Source of the DNA: Hydrolagus affinis
Taxonomy: Eukaryota
Assembly: GCA_012026655.1 (NCBI GenBank)
Contig: JAAILG010001073.1
Location: 1 to 64,000 of the forward strand
Direction: 5' to 3'
DNA length: 64,000 nt
This document shows, piece by piece, positions 12,580 to 25,770 of this stretch. Position 1 is the first letter of the stretch; every line of letters begins with the position of its first letter. The position numbers were made by a program, and so were the translations under genes. The notes beneath the pieces were generated by a model, which saw only the letters and a list, made by a program, of their open reading frames with translations, was not told the origin of the DNA and did not search any database.

Positions 12580-12730
12580 AATAATAATCCCTGCATTTGA
12601 CATTGTCCCTTCCAAGTCTGTAGGATGTCGCAGTGTGCCTCACAGGATTTAAGGTAACTGTGTATTTCATAGGCAAATGTGGCAACCAATTTGTACACAG
12701 AAATGTCCCACAAACAGCCAACTTTGACTG
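12580..12730 (-). mobile_element. SINE family A, diverged 3' fragment
   Basis: AATAATAATCCCTGCATTTGA..GGCAACCAATTTGTACACAGAAATGTCCCACAAACAGC. Confidence 0.8.
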
Positions 12731-15084
12731 GAAGCTCATTGTCCAGACCCACATCCCAGTTAGAATGTTTGTTCTACACACTGTAAATCACCATCTTCTA
12801 GGCAGAAGAGATAAAATAGAGAATTAACCTGAAATAATTTCTGGATTCACCCCTCTGTAGAGTTTTCCTCTGTCATTTACAAATGTTGCAGTTAGAAAAT
12901 GTTACCTTGCCAATAGGTTTTAAAAAAGATTACTTGACCTCCAGTCCCTCAGTGTTACTCAATATAGTAGATATTGCACCTTACTTATAAACAAGAGAAA
13001 TGCAGGCATTGTGCTAGTATCAAGAGAAAGAATGTTCAGAGACAAGGTTTGCAATGTGAAGCTTCTGGGTTGAATAATACAACTAAAATATGTATCTTTT
13101 ACTTGTGGCTACTGTATTATGTATTTTGTGTTCTTTTGTTTGTGTGTTTGTGTTCATACCTGAGTCAAAGTTCATGGTGAACTTGAAAGATCAAGTGTAC
13201 AGACATGATTAGCAGCAATGCAAGGAATCCATGATATTAGCAATATCTCAAATTCCTGAATTGATCTCAGTGAGATTTGCTTTGATAGAGTAGCTAGAAT
13301 GTTTGTTCTACACACTGTGATATCATCCTAAAAAGCTTAGTATGATTTTCCATATTAGGAAGCGGAGTTCACCAGTTACGTTACTGTGTAGACTCCAAAG
13401 CCAAGACTTGAATATTACTCCTATTTTGTGAGAGGCTTCTCAAGAACCTCGCTCACACTTGTAAATAGCATAACAAAAGAAGGTTGACATCATTCTTCAT
13501 GTCTAGCTTCCAATCTTCCTTTTCCATTGAAAATTTTCTTGCCTTATTTTGTATCATTGCTATTTTGACCATTGTACTTCAGAGCTTCCTCCTTTGTAAG
13601 CTTGAAATATACTATCCAACACACATCCCCTCCTCTCTGCAGCTTCGTATTGACGAATTCCACGATCATCACATTGTCTCCTGCCCCCAACTCATTCTTT
13701 CCAGGGCCTCAACGCTGCACAACACCTTACCTCCTAATCTTTTGTTCCATCACAGGCGTTTAAAAGTCAATCATGGCTTTAAGGTTTAAGACTCCATAGG
13801 GCAGAATACAGGTTATCAACAGGACATCAAATAGAAAATAGGTATGAGCTTGACTGCTATTAAGGTAGACCAGGAGCTACTGGCTGCTTGGAATTTCAAC
13901 CCCTATTTCAGTACAATTCGGAAAAATGAAGACAGATGTTTTCAGTTTAAACACAGAACAGCAGATTTATTAGAATAAGGAAAATGTTTTTTTTTCTTTT
14001 AAAGAATGGTACGCTGAAACTACAAGTGCTCTTGAAGCAGTAAGGATTTCAGTATTTGCAATATAAATCAAGCCCTGACATTTGTGTTTTATACCCAGAA
14101 ACCCACATCCACTGACAGATAGATGCAATCATGTATTCATCTCTGGGAGCCTCGTAATATCTGTCTCAACAAACAATTGCATGTAGCACATCCGACTGAA
14201 TTTGTCTGCTACTATCCAAAGATAAGGATCCTATCTATCATCCAGTGAACATTTTTATGTATGAAATACAGCTACTACAAGTAGATGCATGCACAGGGTT
14301 TGTTCAAACAAATGATTTTATCTGGGATCCTATTAACTCAGCAAATACTGAATTATTCTGCAGAATGCAACCTGACAATTCATTACCACCTTGGTATGCG
14401 GGCGGCTAATGCTAAACAAACTAGTTGTCTGACATAACATTCCATAGCACCGATAGCATGCATTCAATTAGTGGGACTCTGCCTTGAAATATTAAAATGC
14501 GAGCTCTGTAATGGAACTCATGAAGTGTTTTTCAGCTGGTTTGAAAGGTTTGGAATGGTCATATGCTAACTTGTATTTTAGCAGAGCAAACGCACTGCAT
14601 CACTCATGCTAGATTGTTGTGCCTATGGTAATTGTGTGTTTCAATACAACAATAAAAATATGATTCGATTCGGAGGGGTGGAAGAAAATTTAATTCTCTG
14701 TTTTAGCAAAACATAAAGCGGGTATTGAGATTGAAGCGGAAATCTAAGACATTAAGTGCATATGATTTAATAGGCTAAGTAAAAATCAAGTTAGTAAGTA
14801 TACAGTATAAGCAAGGAGGTCCTCTAAATCACATTTGATAATGCCCCTGCCAACAGTGAAACTGAGCCAAATAGACATGGAGAGATCGAGTTCAATTCTC
14901 AGGTTACCACCTGATTGTTTCTAACCAGTACAGCTGATGGGTTTTTTCAGGAGATGGCATCAGTAAGCTCACTAGTACAAGGGTTTGGTTTGAAAGAGAA
15001 ATTAAGTTTACCAATAAAGTGATGTGAGAATTCCACATGAGATCAGAAAGATAGACATCAAGAATGTTAATTAACTGCATTCTG

Positions 15085-15182
15085 TACAGTCAATTCACTT
15101 TACAATATATTCTGTGAAGTGCTTTGAGACATCTCAAAGATGTGATAAAGCGCTATATCAAATGCAAGTATTATTATTATTA
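15085..15182 (+). mobile_element. SINE family A, 3' fragment
   Basis: TACAGTCAATTCACTTTACAATATATTCTGTGAAG..GCGCTATATCAAATGCAAG(TAT)n. Confidence 0.88.
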
Positions 15183-15381
15183 ACAAAGTAATTAAGGATG
15201 GGTTGTTCATTTGAACTGTGGGAGATATGAAGCAACTGGGCCTTTGAATCATTGAAAGGAACAAAATTATGACTCAACGAAGTGCTACCTTCGTAGGCTT
15301 CGTGTTCCTGAGGGAGGATGAATTCAAGACGGTTGCTGAATGGAAAGTGGAATCAACAGAAAAAAGTATGAATAGGATTGG

Positions 15382-15700
15382 ATGATGAGTGGGAGAGGTC
15401 ATTTAGATGAAGAGGGAACACATATTCAAGTACTCCCAAAGATGGTGGACTGCAGAATAGCTGTAATGTGGTCGACTATGGAGAATAATTCAAACATTAT
15501 ATGTGTGGTTACACAATTCTCTGTGACCCATGGATTGAGTGACATAATGGCAGTTCTGAAGGAAAGACTGGCAGATCTCAGCAAGAGATTGCAATCAGCT
15601 ATCAGGGAAGGCTTGTCAGAGATTAGGGATGCCGTGCAGACTAGTTTCAGCCACCTGGAGCGAGCTGCCTTGAGCAACCACAGTCCGCGATGGAATAAAT
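15382..15700 (+). pseudogene. Possible decayed transposon ORF (coiled-coil, Harbinger accessory-protein-like)
   Basis: Heptad-like stretch GLSDIMAVLKERLADLSKRLQSAIREGLSEIRDAVQTSFSHLERA. No splice context or catalytic motif; the family guess is inference. Confidence 0.25.
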
Positions 15701-17651
15701 CTAGGGACATCACAGACAAGATGATGGGGCTAATGCCAGCAATTTGTCTTTGGTCATGTCCAGTCCAGGCATTCTTTCCCAGATCAAGTGGACAATGGTC
15801 ATGCAATGTAGATGGTTTAAAATTCTGCTAAAGGCCACTGCTATGTGTTCAACAGCTATTATGAGAACAAATGAATCACCAATATAGTTCAAAATTTGTC
15901 ATTTCCAGTCATAAGTGTAAAACTTCAGGTTAAAAAAAAGTGTTTGCGAAGCGAGTTTGAGAGCTCTCAAAAAACAAGCCATAAGCGTATATAGTATATT
16001 AATATATTAAATAATACTTAATCATCTTGTAGAACAAATAAGAAAAGAAATAAAACAGCAGATGCAATAGATGTTGTATTTCACATACTCCATTTATATA
16101 TTAATATGTGCAAGGCAATACATTTCAAAGCAGAAACATTTAGTTGCTGAGGAAATATACAACACTTTTTTATACAATGTAATGATTGTTCCACAGCTTA
16201 GGGGAGGCCGTCATGACACTTGTTTGGGGCCGTAAAAGCAATAATCAGAAAAGATAATAATAATCCTTACATTTGATACAGCAGCATATCGTTAAAATCA
16301 AAACACCTCAAAGTACTTCACTGAATTTATGGTACAGCATAGTGATTCACAGAAAGCCACAATAAATTGCTGATATAAAATCAAACAAAAAGTTGTTGTA
16401 CAGTCTATTTGACTAACCTGATACTGGTAGAAATTACACTCTGACAATCACAAGATCTCGATACAATTGTACACAATTACAGTCAACTTAGTCAAAATTC
16501 AATAAGGGTGAAGTAGATAGGGCTCTCCAGTGAGGGAACCTTTGCTTGTCAGACCATCAATGCAGAAGTATTGGCTTTCTTTCGGTGTGCTTTTGGACTG
16601 CATAGAAACCTGTCGCCTTTTGTTACCGTTTGTAGTGCTGCCTGATTGCATGAGCTTTTGGCTTCATTATTTGAAGCAGATCTTTTTCTCAACTTCAACT
16701 GAACCTACGTGTCCCTCATCAATTATCTTCCCCTTTATCATCAGATTCGGCAAAAGTGGACATTCCACTTCAATATAAGGAGAATTCAATGGGTAGGTGA
16801 GATACCTAAATGCTCAGTTTGGTTTGGATACCCTTAGGCATAGGATTCCAAATGTGTCAGATATTCTATGTCAAACAGCTGATCCGAGAAAAAGAAGCTG
16901 TAACATATAGAATTTGCGCACCTCTACTGGTTGCTTCAATGAATCAATACCAATGCGGAAACCATTGCTTGAGCTTTCCAAGTCCATGCTGCACATTGCC
17001 CTTATGGCTTGAACACCTGATTTAAAATGATCAACTCTGCCTCATTCTGCATAGCATAGGTGTGATCAGAACATGATCGTGATTGCTCATGAGACAGTTG
17101 AACTATTCAAATAGTTCAGGTGGATCTGAACTTGCAGAATAAACAGATCAGGTTTGGGATTCCCGATGAAATTTGGCAAGGTGACAAGTAAATAAAAGGA
17201 ATGTGAAATTAACAAGGATCCAAACTGGTGATCATGTTGCCTCATTATAAGCCCAGGAATATCAACTAGACAGGGATGCGGGAGAGAACATTCTGCAAAT
17301 GTGCCCTTTACCTGCGAGAGTCCCTTCCTCAACAACATCCATCAGTTTCAAAAAGCTGGGCATAATGCCTCCAACAAATGGTGCTGTTAATTAGCTGACT
17401 AACAACTGCAATCCCCTATGTCAGTACCTGCGCTTCAGTGACTAGATAAGTCTTAAGCAGACTGATTTACCCAGAGGTGCACGCAACCTCTGACCCTGTG
17501 TAAGTCTGTGACACTCGGCAACGCTGTAAGGTCTGTGGCTCTTGTTTCATACGTCTTGTTCTTGTCGTGTGTTCCATTATTTGCTTTTTGGGGAAGCAAA
17601 AAAAAAACAAAAGTGAAAAAGCTGCAGGGAATTGACGCTGCTGTTGGCAGC

Positions 17652-17701
17652 ATGCCAATCGCAGACTTCTCATGTACAATGTTCCAGGATTTATTCAAAC
17701 G
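17652..17701 (+). other. Candidate short first coding exon (MPIADFSCTMFQDLFK-R, phase 2)
   Basis: AGCATG start with A at -3 and a strong donor ACG|GTAAGA at 17701/17702, in repeat-free surroundings. Gene not recognised. Confidence 0.3.
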
Positions 17702-18819
17702 GTAAGAAGAGAAGCAGTTTAATGGCACAAGATTAATTCTGCTTTTTAAAAAGGAGAAAAAAAGGAGGCTGTAACGTACGGAGAGATAGTGGGATTAGAG
17801 AGCCCCCTACCCAACCCCCAGCCTACACACTTTGAATTCATACTTCATTATAATTGCAGCTAAACCGTTTAAAATGCACAAATATAGCTGGAGTAGAAAC
17901 CAGGGATCCAGTTCGAGCTGCAGCTTAGAACCACTGCATTCAAGATTTCATCAGGGATCATCTATTTGAGATTCTCAATTATTTCTGAAATATTCTTTAA
18001 GGAGTTTCCGATCATACACATGTCGGATGGTCGCCCAGATCTTCCAAACTTCAGGAATTTAATTTGTGTGGGCTACACTTTATATTTTGTTACTCCGTGG
18101 CCGTATTTAACCTGGCCAGGAGATTGCTTTGAGATTGGCTGCTATGGATAACTGGGCTAATAAACAGGCTAACAGAGTAAGTGAGAGGGAGCTGGGATAG
18201 TACAGAAGGCAATGAAAGCAGGGAGTTAATAAGCAAGGAGAGAAACTGGACTAGAACAAGAAGAAGAACAACAACAACAAATTGCATTTATATAACACTC
18301 TCACACTGGATGACATTGCAAGGAGCACCGTACAGAACAAGTGAGCTGGGCTGGCAGCCCAGCTCACTTGTTCTGTACAGGGGGCGAGAAAGATGGACTA
18401 ACATGCAATGAATTGAAAATGATTGACTTACTGAAGAGCTCTAGGTTAATGATTGTATCTCATATAAATTTGGTGCCCTGCCACTCTCTCTCTTTCACTA
18501 TCGGTTTCAGGCTCCTCATTCACATTGACACAGCCAACGTCCTCATTGTACAAACATAATACAGTACTGTATTAAGAAATAGCAACTTGAATGCACTTAA
18601 GACTTTTGTGATAATTCTTTCTAAGTATTTATTCTTTGTCAAGCCTACTAATAGAAAGATGATTTCTTAAAAAGTGGTTGCCCGCATATGTCAATTCAAA
18701 CAATTGACACAAATGTTTTTTAAACAAAGCCCTCAATGTTCTCTTCCTAATTTGAGGTTGTTTGAATAAAGTCATTACGATTTAATTGTCTTCTCCCGCA
18801 TGACATTTTTCCTCTCTGA

Positions 18820-19158
18820 TTTTCTTCCCATATCCTGAAAGCAGTGCCTTCTGCTGCAACAGGCACCCAAAGCTCTTTAGTACTTCTCCAAAATAGCTGT
18901 TTTTCCCAGGAGAATATCGTCGGTATCAGTCTGCCATTTCACAGCGGGCATCACATACAGCCAAGCCCAGCCTTCTCATCACTCATTGTTCATTGGCACC
19001 ACCAGGGGTCACTGGGCAACAATCAGAAGCAGGAATTGATTGTTCCCCTTAGCTCAGGGTAGTGCCCCCAATGCTGTATTGGTGCACAGTGAACCTGTGA
19101 CCTGGCGGGTTTGTGTAGCTCGGTAACACATTACCCACTGAGCCATCAGAAGAACTCC
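18820..19158 (-). mobile_element. Ancient tRNA-SINE family B, near full length but diverged
   Basis: The minus strand starts GGAGTTCTTCTGATGGCTCAGTGGGTAATG and contains TCCTGCTTCTGATTG..CCAGTGACCCCTG..GGGCTTGGCTGT..TGATGCCC, shared with the copies at 43231 and 48170. Confidence 0.6.
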
Positions 19159-19482
19159 GCTGATGGCATTGCCAAACTTTCTGGCTCGAATGGATTTCTC
19201 TACAGGGGATGGGGTCTCCCAGTTTGGTGCAGAAAAGATCAGCCTCAGGCTCATCAACTTAATATGTTACATTAAAAAATTGTGCAGTATGATACATGTA
19301 AAATTAAATTATACTTCTAACATTGTGCTACATTTCCTTATAAGTGGGAAGCAGCAAATCCACTCAGCTGACTGAATGAAACAGAACAGAGCTTAATCAA
19401 CGTCAACAAATTAGCTGCCTGGAGTACACTCTGCGTTATTAACCAGTCTGAGCTGTTCCTGATTTCAGTCCAGACTGGTTTA

Positions 19483-19843
19483 CAGGTGGACCCTGTTATA
19501 ACACAGTTTAGAGAGGACCTGTTTGTAGCGGCTTGTGAAATAGGTCCGGCTGATGGTTGGGAAAACACCAGATATTGTGAGGCCGGTGTGCAGAGTGCGC
19601 CAGTGGCCTCATCCATGCCTATTGTTGTCCCAGGAGCTCACGAGGACAGTCGGCTGCCACCCGCGTGCAATCACACACTCACCACACATGGTAACATCAG
19701 TAACGGTTGCTGGATATACACAAGCAATGACAGCGTTGAAATGATGCCTTGCCCTTGACTAATTTGATAATATGGTCCATTATAATGCAGAAAGTGAATT
19801 TATGCTGCCCCCCAATCCGCTGCGTTAATAACAGATTTGGCTG
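19483..19843. mobile_element. Tigger/pogo-like MITE with TA target duplication
   Basis: Left end TA|CAGGTGGACCCTGTTATAACACAG. Reverse complement of the right end TA|CAGCCAAATCTGTTATTAACGCAG. Imperfect TIRs of Tigger type and a GC-richer interior. Confidence 0.55.
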
Positions 19844-20439
19844 TAGTTTTATTCCAAATCTACAAAAATATTTTCATTCATTCTGACCTCTTGCACCAGC
19901 CAGGATGAGATTTCTAAATGCCTGGACAATAATTGTTGAATAATTTCAAGTCGTGCGATTATGATTTGAATTGTTTTAAAATTCTAATTGACACTTATTC
20001 AAGATCCTTAAAGTCCTTGGGCACCAAAGTCAACCGAAGTTCCGTTTCCATCTTTTTTTTTATTTTCTTCCTGAAACCTTCGCGAAAGCGTGCATCGCAA
20101 AATCTATTATTATCCAAGAGCAAAAGTGTCATTCCATGAAAGTGCAAGCGTAGAATATTTTTATGCAAGGGGAGATAGAGAAAATACCTTGAATTATTTG
20201 CTTCGTCTGTCTCCAGGCACTAGGCAATGATATTCCATCCATTGAAGAGCCCATTATCACTTGCCTCCTCCCCATTATTCCCCTTCAACCTTATCAACAG
20301 TAGCATCGCCACAGATGTCTGAATGGAGGCCTTGTAATTGTCCTGGTTAGCACTCGATACTACCTTGAACCGTTAGAGCAATCTTGAAAAGGTCTGGAAG
20401 AAGAGAATTTGCCTGTGGCTATAGGTGCCTAATAGGAAC

Positions 20440-20630
20440 CCTTTTCACAGATAAATGGAAAGTTTCTTTATTTATCACCTGCTGTTTAGCTTGCTATTAA
20501 GTGCAATCACACTATTTATTTCGATCCTAAATCTCCATATTATTCGCAGGCTGTTGCAAAGTGACCCACACAGGCGGGAATGGGGAGCAGACAGGCTAAT
20601 GGATCTGTCACAACAAGAGAGAAGGAGGGA
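20440..20630. promoter_or_regulatory. CNE-like putative enhancer
   Basis: Repeat-free block containing TAATGGAT-CTGTCA (20597-20610, Hox/Pbx plus Meis-like), GATA sites and the E-box CACCTG. Conservation not testable here. Confidence 0.35.
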
Positions 20631-21229
20631 GATTTTTTTTTAGTTGGTGGCAGGGGGAGGGGTTATCATTTTAATCCAAAGTCGACAATGTGAAAAATGC
20701 AAAAGGTGCTTTAGGCAATTCTATCTGTGTTAGTAATTCTCGGGCTTTACAGAACAAAGAGAGAGGTGTGAGGAGGACTGCTCGCTTCCTGTTTTTAAAA
20801 TCAAAGAGATGAACATGGAATGAAAGATCGATGTCATGAAAGCAGATTTTTGCAATCCTAAACTTTTTGTGTTTCACTCAAGCAAATAATTTGATAAAAT
20901 GTTTGTAGCCCTCTCTCTTTTCAGATGCAACAGCAGAAACTAATTGTCTAATTCACACCAATGATCTAATTGTGGGATTTATATCAGAGCTTGGTTGCAT
21001 GCGTGTGCGCAGGTATATATGTCTCCATGAAATTGAGTTTGAGTTTGTAAAATAATTTGGAATACAAAGAAAAAAGAATTGTGGGAGGTGGGGCAAGTGG
21101 GCAATCTGCTAGCTGTGGCCTCTATTGCATTGGACATTCTCCCAACGTGAAAGGTGCTATACAATTTTGTTGTTTGGTTGGACAAATAGACCAACTGGTA
21201 GCTAGATGGATCAACCAACAGATAATTAG

Positions 21230-21564
21230 ATAATAATAATCAATAATAATCCTTGCATTTCATATAGCGCTTTTCACATCTTATCGCCATCTCAAAGCGC
21301 TTCACAGAATATACTGTAAAGTGAAATGGACTGTATATTTGTGGCTGAAACGCAGCAGCAAATTGTGCACAGCAGTGTCCCACAAACAGTCATGGGTTGA
21401 AAATGACCAATTTTTATTGTTCTGGTTTTTTGGGGACGGATTATTATTAGGTGTGTGGAGTAAGGAAACTTGCCCAAGCTTTCGCCCTGATCTTCCTGGA
21501 TTTGAACACAGGTCTCATGCTTGTAAGGCTTGTAAGGCTCTAACCACTGAGCTAAAGGAGCTCC
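21230..21564 (-). mobile_element. Full-length SINE family A
   Basis: (TAA)n tail, Deu core, and head TAACCACTGAGCTAAAGGAGCTCC. Internal GCTTGTAAG duplication. Confidence 0.92.
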
Positions 21565-21565
21565 T

Positions 21566-21830
21566 GTAGATAGACAGACAAACAGATAGAACAAGAACTA
21601 AAAATTTAAATTGAAAGACCAATTGATAGACAGATAGAAAGCAGAGAGGACAACAGACCAAGAGACAGACAGTTAGGCAAATAAAGAGGCAAACATGGAA
21701 ATAGACTAAAACATGAGTAAACTGATGTCAGGCAGGCAGAGAAGTATACAATACGGAAAGTGTAGATGGGAAGCTGTAGAGACAGAAAGAACAGTCAGTT
21801 ATACAAACAACTAGATAGACAGCTTGGAAT
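21566..21830. repeat. Decayed (AGAC/AGAT)n low-complexity region
   Basis: Recurrent AGACAG/AGATAG units. Confidence 0.6.
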
Positions 21831-22219
21831 GGACAAACCAATCTGTTGTGTTCCTGGTGCTCACTCAGGACATTAGCAAGACATAAACAATCTTTCAAAA
21901 TTAAAGCTTTACACATCATGAGTTACAAAGAATGCAAGTAAAAGAGGTTAAAAATGTATTGTGTTGTGTGCATTCCGAATGTTCAAAGCATTTAAAATTT
22001 TTAGCCTCAAAACACTGGACAGGAATTAAGATACCCAAAGGCTGTGTGCAGATTCACACAGGATTTTTGGCACAAATTGGAAAGAAATTCCATCTGCCTA
22101 GACCCATTCTATTCATGGAGCATTTTAGAAAGTCCACAATTTGACAGATTCTTAAATACGGCTTTAATTTTGAAGCCGATTTTCTGCAGGTGCTTTTAAG
22201 AACTACAGGGAACCAACTT

Positions 22220-22330
22220 AATAATGATAATCCTTGGGTTTGACATTGCACCTCATCACATCTTCGAGATGTTTCAAAAGCGCTTCACAGAATATACTGT
22301 AAAGTGAATTGGCTGCGTATTTTGTGGACT
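22220..22330 (-). mobile_element. SINE family A, 3' fragment
   Basis: ATAATCCTTG..AGCGCTTCACAGAATATACTGTAAAGTGAATTG. Confidence 0.85.
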
Positions 22331-25300
22331 TCAGAATTAAGAATGAATTGAACAATTTGCCAAATTCTGAATGTTCAAAAATATGTTATAAATAGAGTGA
22401 ATCTACACCCAGGTGGAATTTCCTCCCAGTTGTTGGGTAGAGTAGAGACAGTTTTACTCTGTAGCTTGTGTAACTGATGTGGGACTGTCCAATATTTGAC
22501 AAAAAAGTGTGAATGTATTTCATTCCCCATGATAACATTCCTCACCTTAATTAAGCACGATAACAAGTAGTGGTAATGTATATCTTTAACAAACATGAAA
22601 CATGAAAATGTAGTTATGGTTTGAAAGGGTTATGGTATGAAAGGGTCATGCTTTCCACCAAGGCACTGTGCTGAAACTGATGCAAAGATTTGCTTTAGCG
22701 GTGGGATTTGGAATCTGCCAGAATTATCACTTGGTTTGTCTGTCTATTGATGTTGTTGTTTTTAGAAGTGTTGTTTTTCTTCCATCAGTCTCACAGTTGT
22801 TAGTAAAGAATACTTTTTATTGCCTACCATCTGGACATCTGTTCCACATGACATCATAGAACACCTCAGGAAAAACTTGCCCTATATCCATTACCAACTT
22901 GCTCATGAAGTGGATAGTATAACACAAACCAGCATGTTATAGACAGGGAAAAAAAACGACATTTATTTATTAACATTGTATGGAAGCTACGTGTGTTAAA
23001 GGACGCAAAATACATTTTAGATTACAATACATAGTATATTATTTTATTGTTCAGTTTGTGACAGCGATGGCGGAATACTAGCATGGCAGAATACAATGTT
23101 TTCTTCTCAGCTACATTTTGAACTAAGCAGTTGCTATGTGATAAGTCCTACTGGATCTACAGGCCTGGCGCAACAACATCTGTAACACCACCTCATACAC
23201 AATAAAATCCATTAATCTTATGGGAGGATCCAGTCCTATTAACAACCGTACCGCTCGGTTACAAGAAGCAAAACTTTTTCTCATATTATCAGCGACACCC
23301 CATAGACACTGCTTTTAGCAATGCACAGTTCCACATTTTCGCTTTCAATACCGTTTCTCTTTAAGAGAGCAAATCAACCCAATGTGCTTTTTATCAACCT
23401 TAGGCTTATCATACACAATATAAGGGGTGGGGGGAATAATCTTTCTGCTCAGCTTCTCTGGGTTCTTCTGTCTGCCATGGAGAATGAGTTACTTTCCTGC
23501 CAGCAGTTCATCCCAGCCGGAATCAGCCACCTAACTGTTTATTTCCTATGAGTTGGGCAGCAAGATCCGGATCAGCTTATTAACGAGATAATACAGGTAC
23601 AAGGGTCGTCGCTACAAGCTGATTATATGTTGGCGCCCGGTTTCAGTAGTGTATGATTGCCCTGAAGGCAGGCAAGGATACGTTTAAAAGGTCAGCAAGA
23701 GCTATCAACCTGAAAAAATATCAGCATAGACCTATACACGGACAAGTTCAAACTCTAATAATGCGAGGGGCACAATCACAAACTGTAGAAGAGTGCTGCG
23801 ACCTGCAGCCCATTAGATGCATATTGTTCTGTAGCCAAATATCGCTTCTTACTGCCTTACTTCACGTTGCCTGCGGTGGCTGCAGATTGACGGGGGAATA
23901 TCTTGCGGACTTGTGGCGCGAGTGACGATGCCAAGGAATCACAATGTTTGAGCCGGCGGATCATGCAACTCTCGTTTCGAATGAGCCCATCAGTTTGTGA
24001 CTTTTGTCGTACTGAATATAGTTCCACCCTTGGCTAATGGCATCTCCTTAAATATTTCCTCACACCAGGCAATACTTCAGTAAATGGTATCCATCGCTCG
24101 ATTTTTACACTCTCTTTTGACACCCATGTACCAATCGGTACATCCACGCACACGTACATTCACTCATGTGTACACAAGTGCACACACATACACGTTGAAG
24201 TCCAAACGGAAGCACAGCAGACATACATGTGTACAGTATTGCACACTGACGTAGAAGGTGAGTCATTCACATCGAAGGGTGTAAGGTGAACGGCTACAAA
24301 TTTAGTAAATTCTTTCGAGAGGCCAGAGGCTGAAAGGGCTAAAGTCATTTTTCATCAGATAAAATAATAGGTTTGGAAGTCCATTAGCAGAAAATTCCAC
24401 CCAGATCTCACCTGATATAAAATAAAATACTTCAGTGGACTTCTCTCTTTATAATGATAAGATTCACTAGATATTTGTTTACATGGAAATATCGCAGTGA
24501 CCTGGCCACCAATTCCCAAAATAAAATTGGTCACCCACTCTATAGCTGTTTCATGAGATGTTGCTGTGTGTAAACCTTGTTCGCTCTCATACTACACACC
24601 ATCACACCACTTATCAATATAACTTGTAAAGCGCTCTGAGGCGCCTCGATTATGTGTTGAAGTGCAATATCAAATGCAAGGATCACTGTTCTTATTATTT
24701 TGCGCTTGGAGTTTTTTTTCCATTGTGTGAAGGTGGCAGCTGGAGCTGATAGCAACAAAGACAGATGAATCTGATTTTTTTACTCAATCAGAAACTGAGG
24801 TGAGGGGTCAAGGCCAGATAGCACCAGATATTAGGAAAGAAAACAAAGCCAATGAATGTCAGCGGTGTGGCACTAAGTTGGGATTTTACAAGCCTCCAGA
24901 TGAAGGAAGGAAGGGAGGGAGGAAGCGAGGAACGATTGTGGGAGGAAAGAAAGATTGAAAGAAGTAAAATCAGGCTGAGGGAGGTTGGTCCTGGGAGTTA
25001 CCAGGAGCAAAGAAAGACTTGGAGACATTTTACAGCAGGTCACAGTTTTCCATTTCCTCGTGTATTCTCCACCAAACCTGCAAGTGACAGCTGATTATCC
25101 AGGTCCACAGGTATGAGAAGTGTATGAAGCTTTGTATTCTACAGTGACCTTTTGCGATTGATACAGAACTCTGAGCTGCAGCTGCAGCAGCTCTTGTGTT
25201 CCTGGCACAGACATGGAGTGCTGGCTTAAGGCACTGACAACAGCTGAAAGCCAATGAGATGTGCAGAACCCTGTTTCAGGGACAGCAGAGAATATCTTTT

Positions 25301-25599
25301 TTAAACCAGTATTATTGATGTTTGGAATAGGAAGTGTGTTCAAGTGAACAACCTCGCCAACACAAAAGTTAGCAGGAGCTGACTGTTCCACCAAAGCGTG
25401 TTTGGTAGTTGGAGAGAGTTAAATAGGGTGCCCATTGTAATGGGCGGGATTAAGATTAACAGCATGTATCAGTGAAGTACAGGTTCAGTCACCAAAAAAA
25501 AAACGCAAGCAAACCTCTAGCACTTTCATTGATTTGTGTAGAAACAGCTTGTAAGTGACTGGAAGGAGTATTTACTGAGTGAATTAATGTTGCCTTTGT

Positions 25600-25770
25600 G
25601 TGTGTGAGGAGGAGGATTATTCCTCAGCCGCTGATCCAGTTCTATTTCAAGGCAGAGTAGCTCATCGCCATCACAGTTAGCTCTGGGGCAGGTCTAATAA
25701 TCACAGCACTCTGGCCATTAAATGCTTAACCACTATAATTTCTCCGAGGTTTGGATTAGATTCAGCCTTA
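25600..25770. promoter_or_regulatory. CNE-like putative enhancer
   Basis: Repeat-free block with clustered TAAT/GGATTA/CCATTA homeodomain-type motifs. Confidence 0.3.

Noticed and set aside
16670-16806. Minus-strand 46-codon frame YLTYPLNSPYIEVECP..
   Set aside because: Poor acceptor and no recognisable homology.
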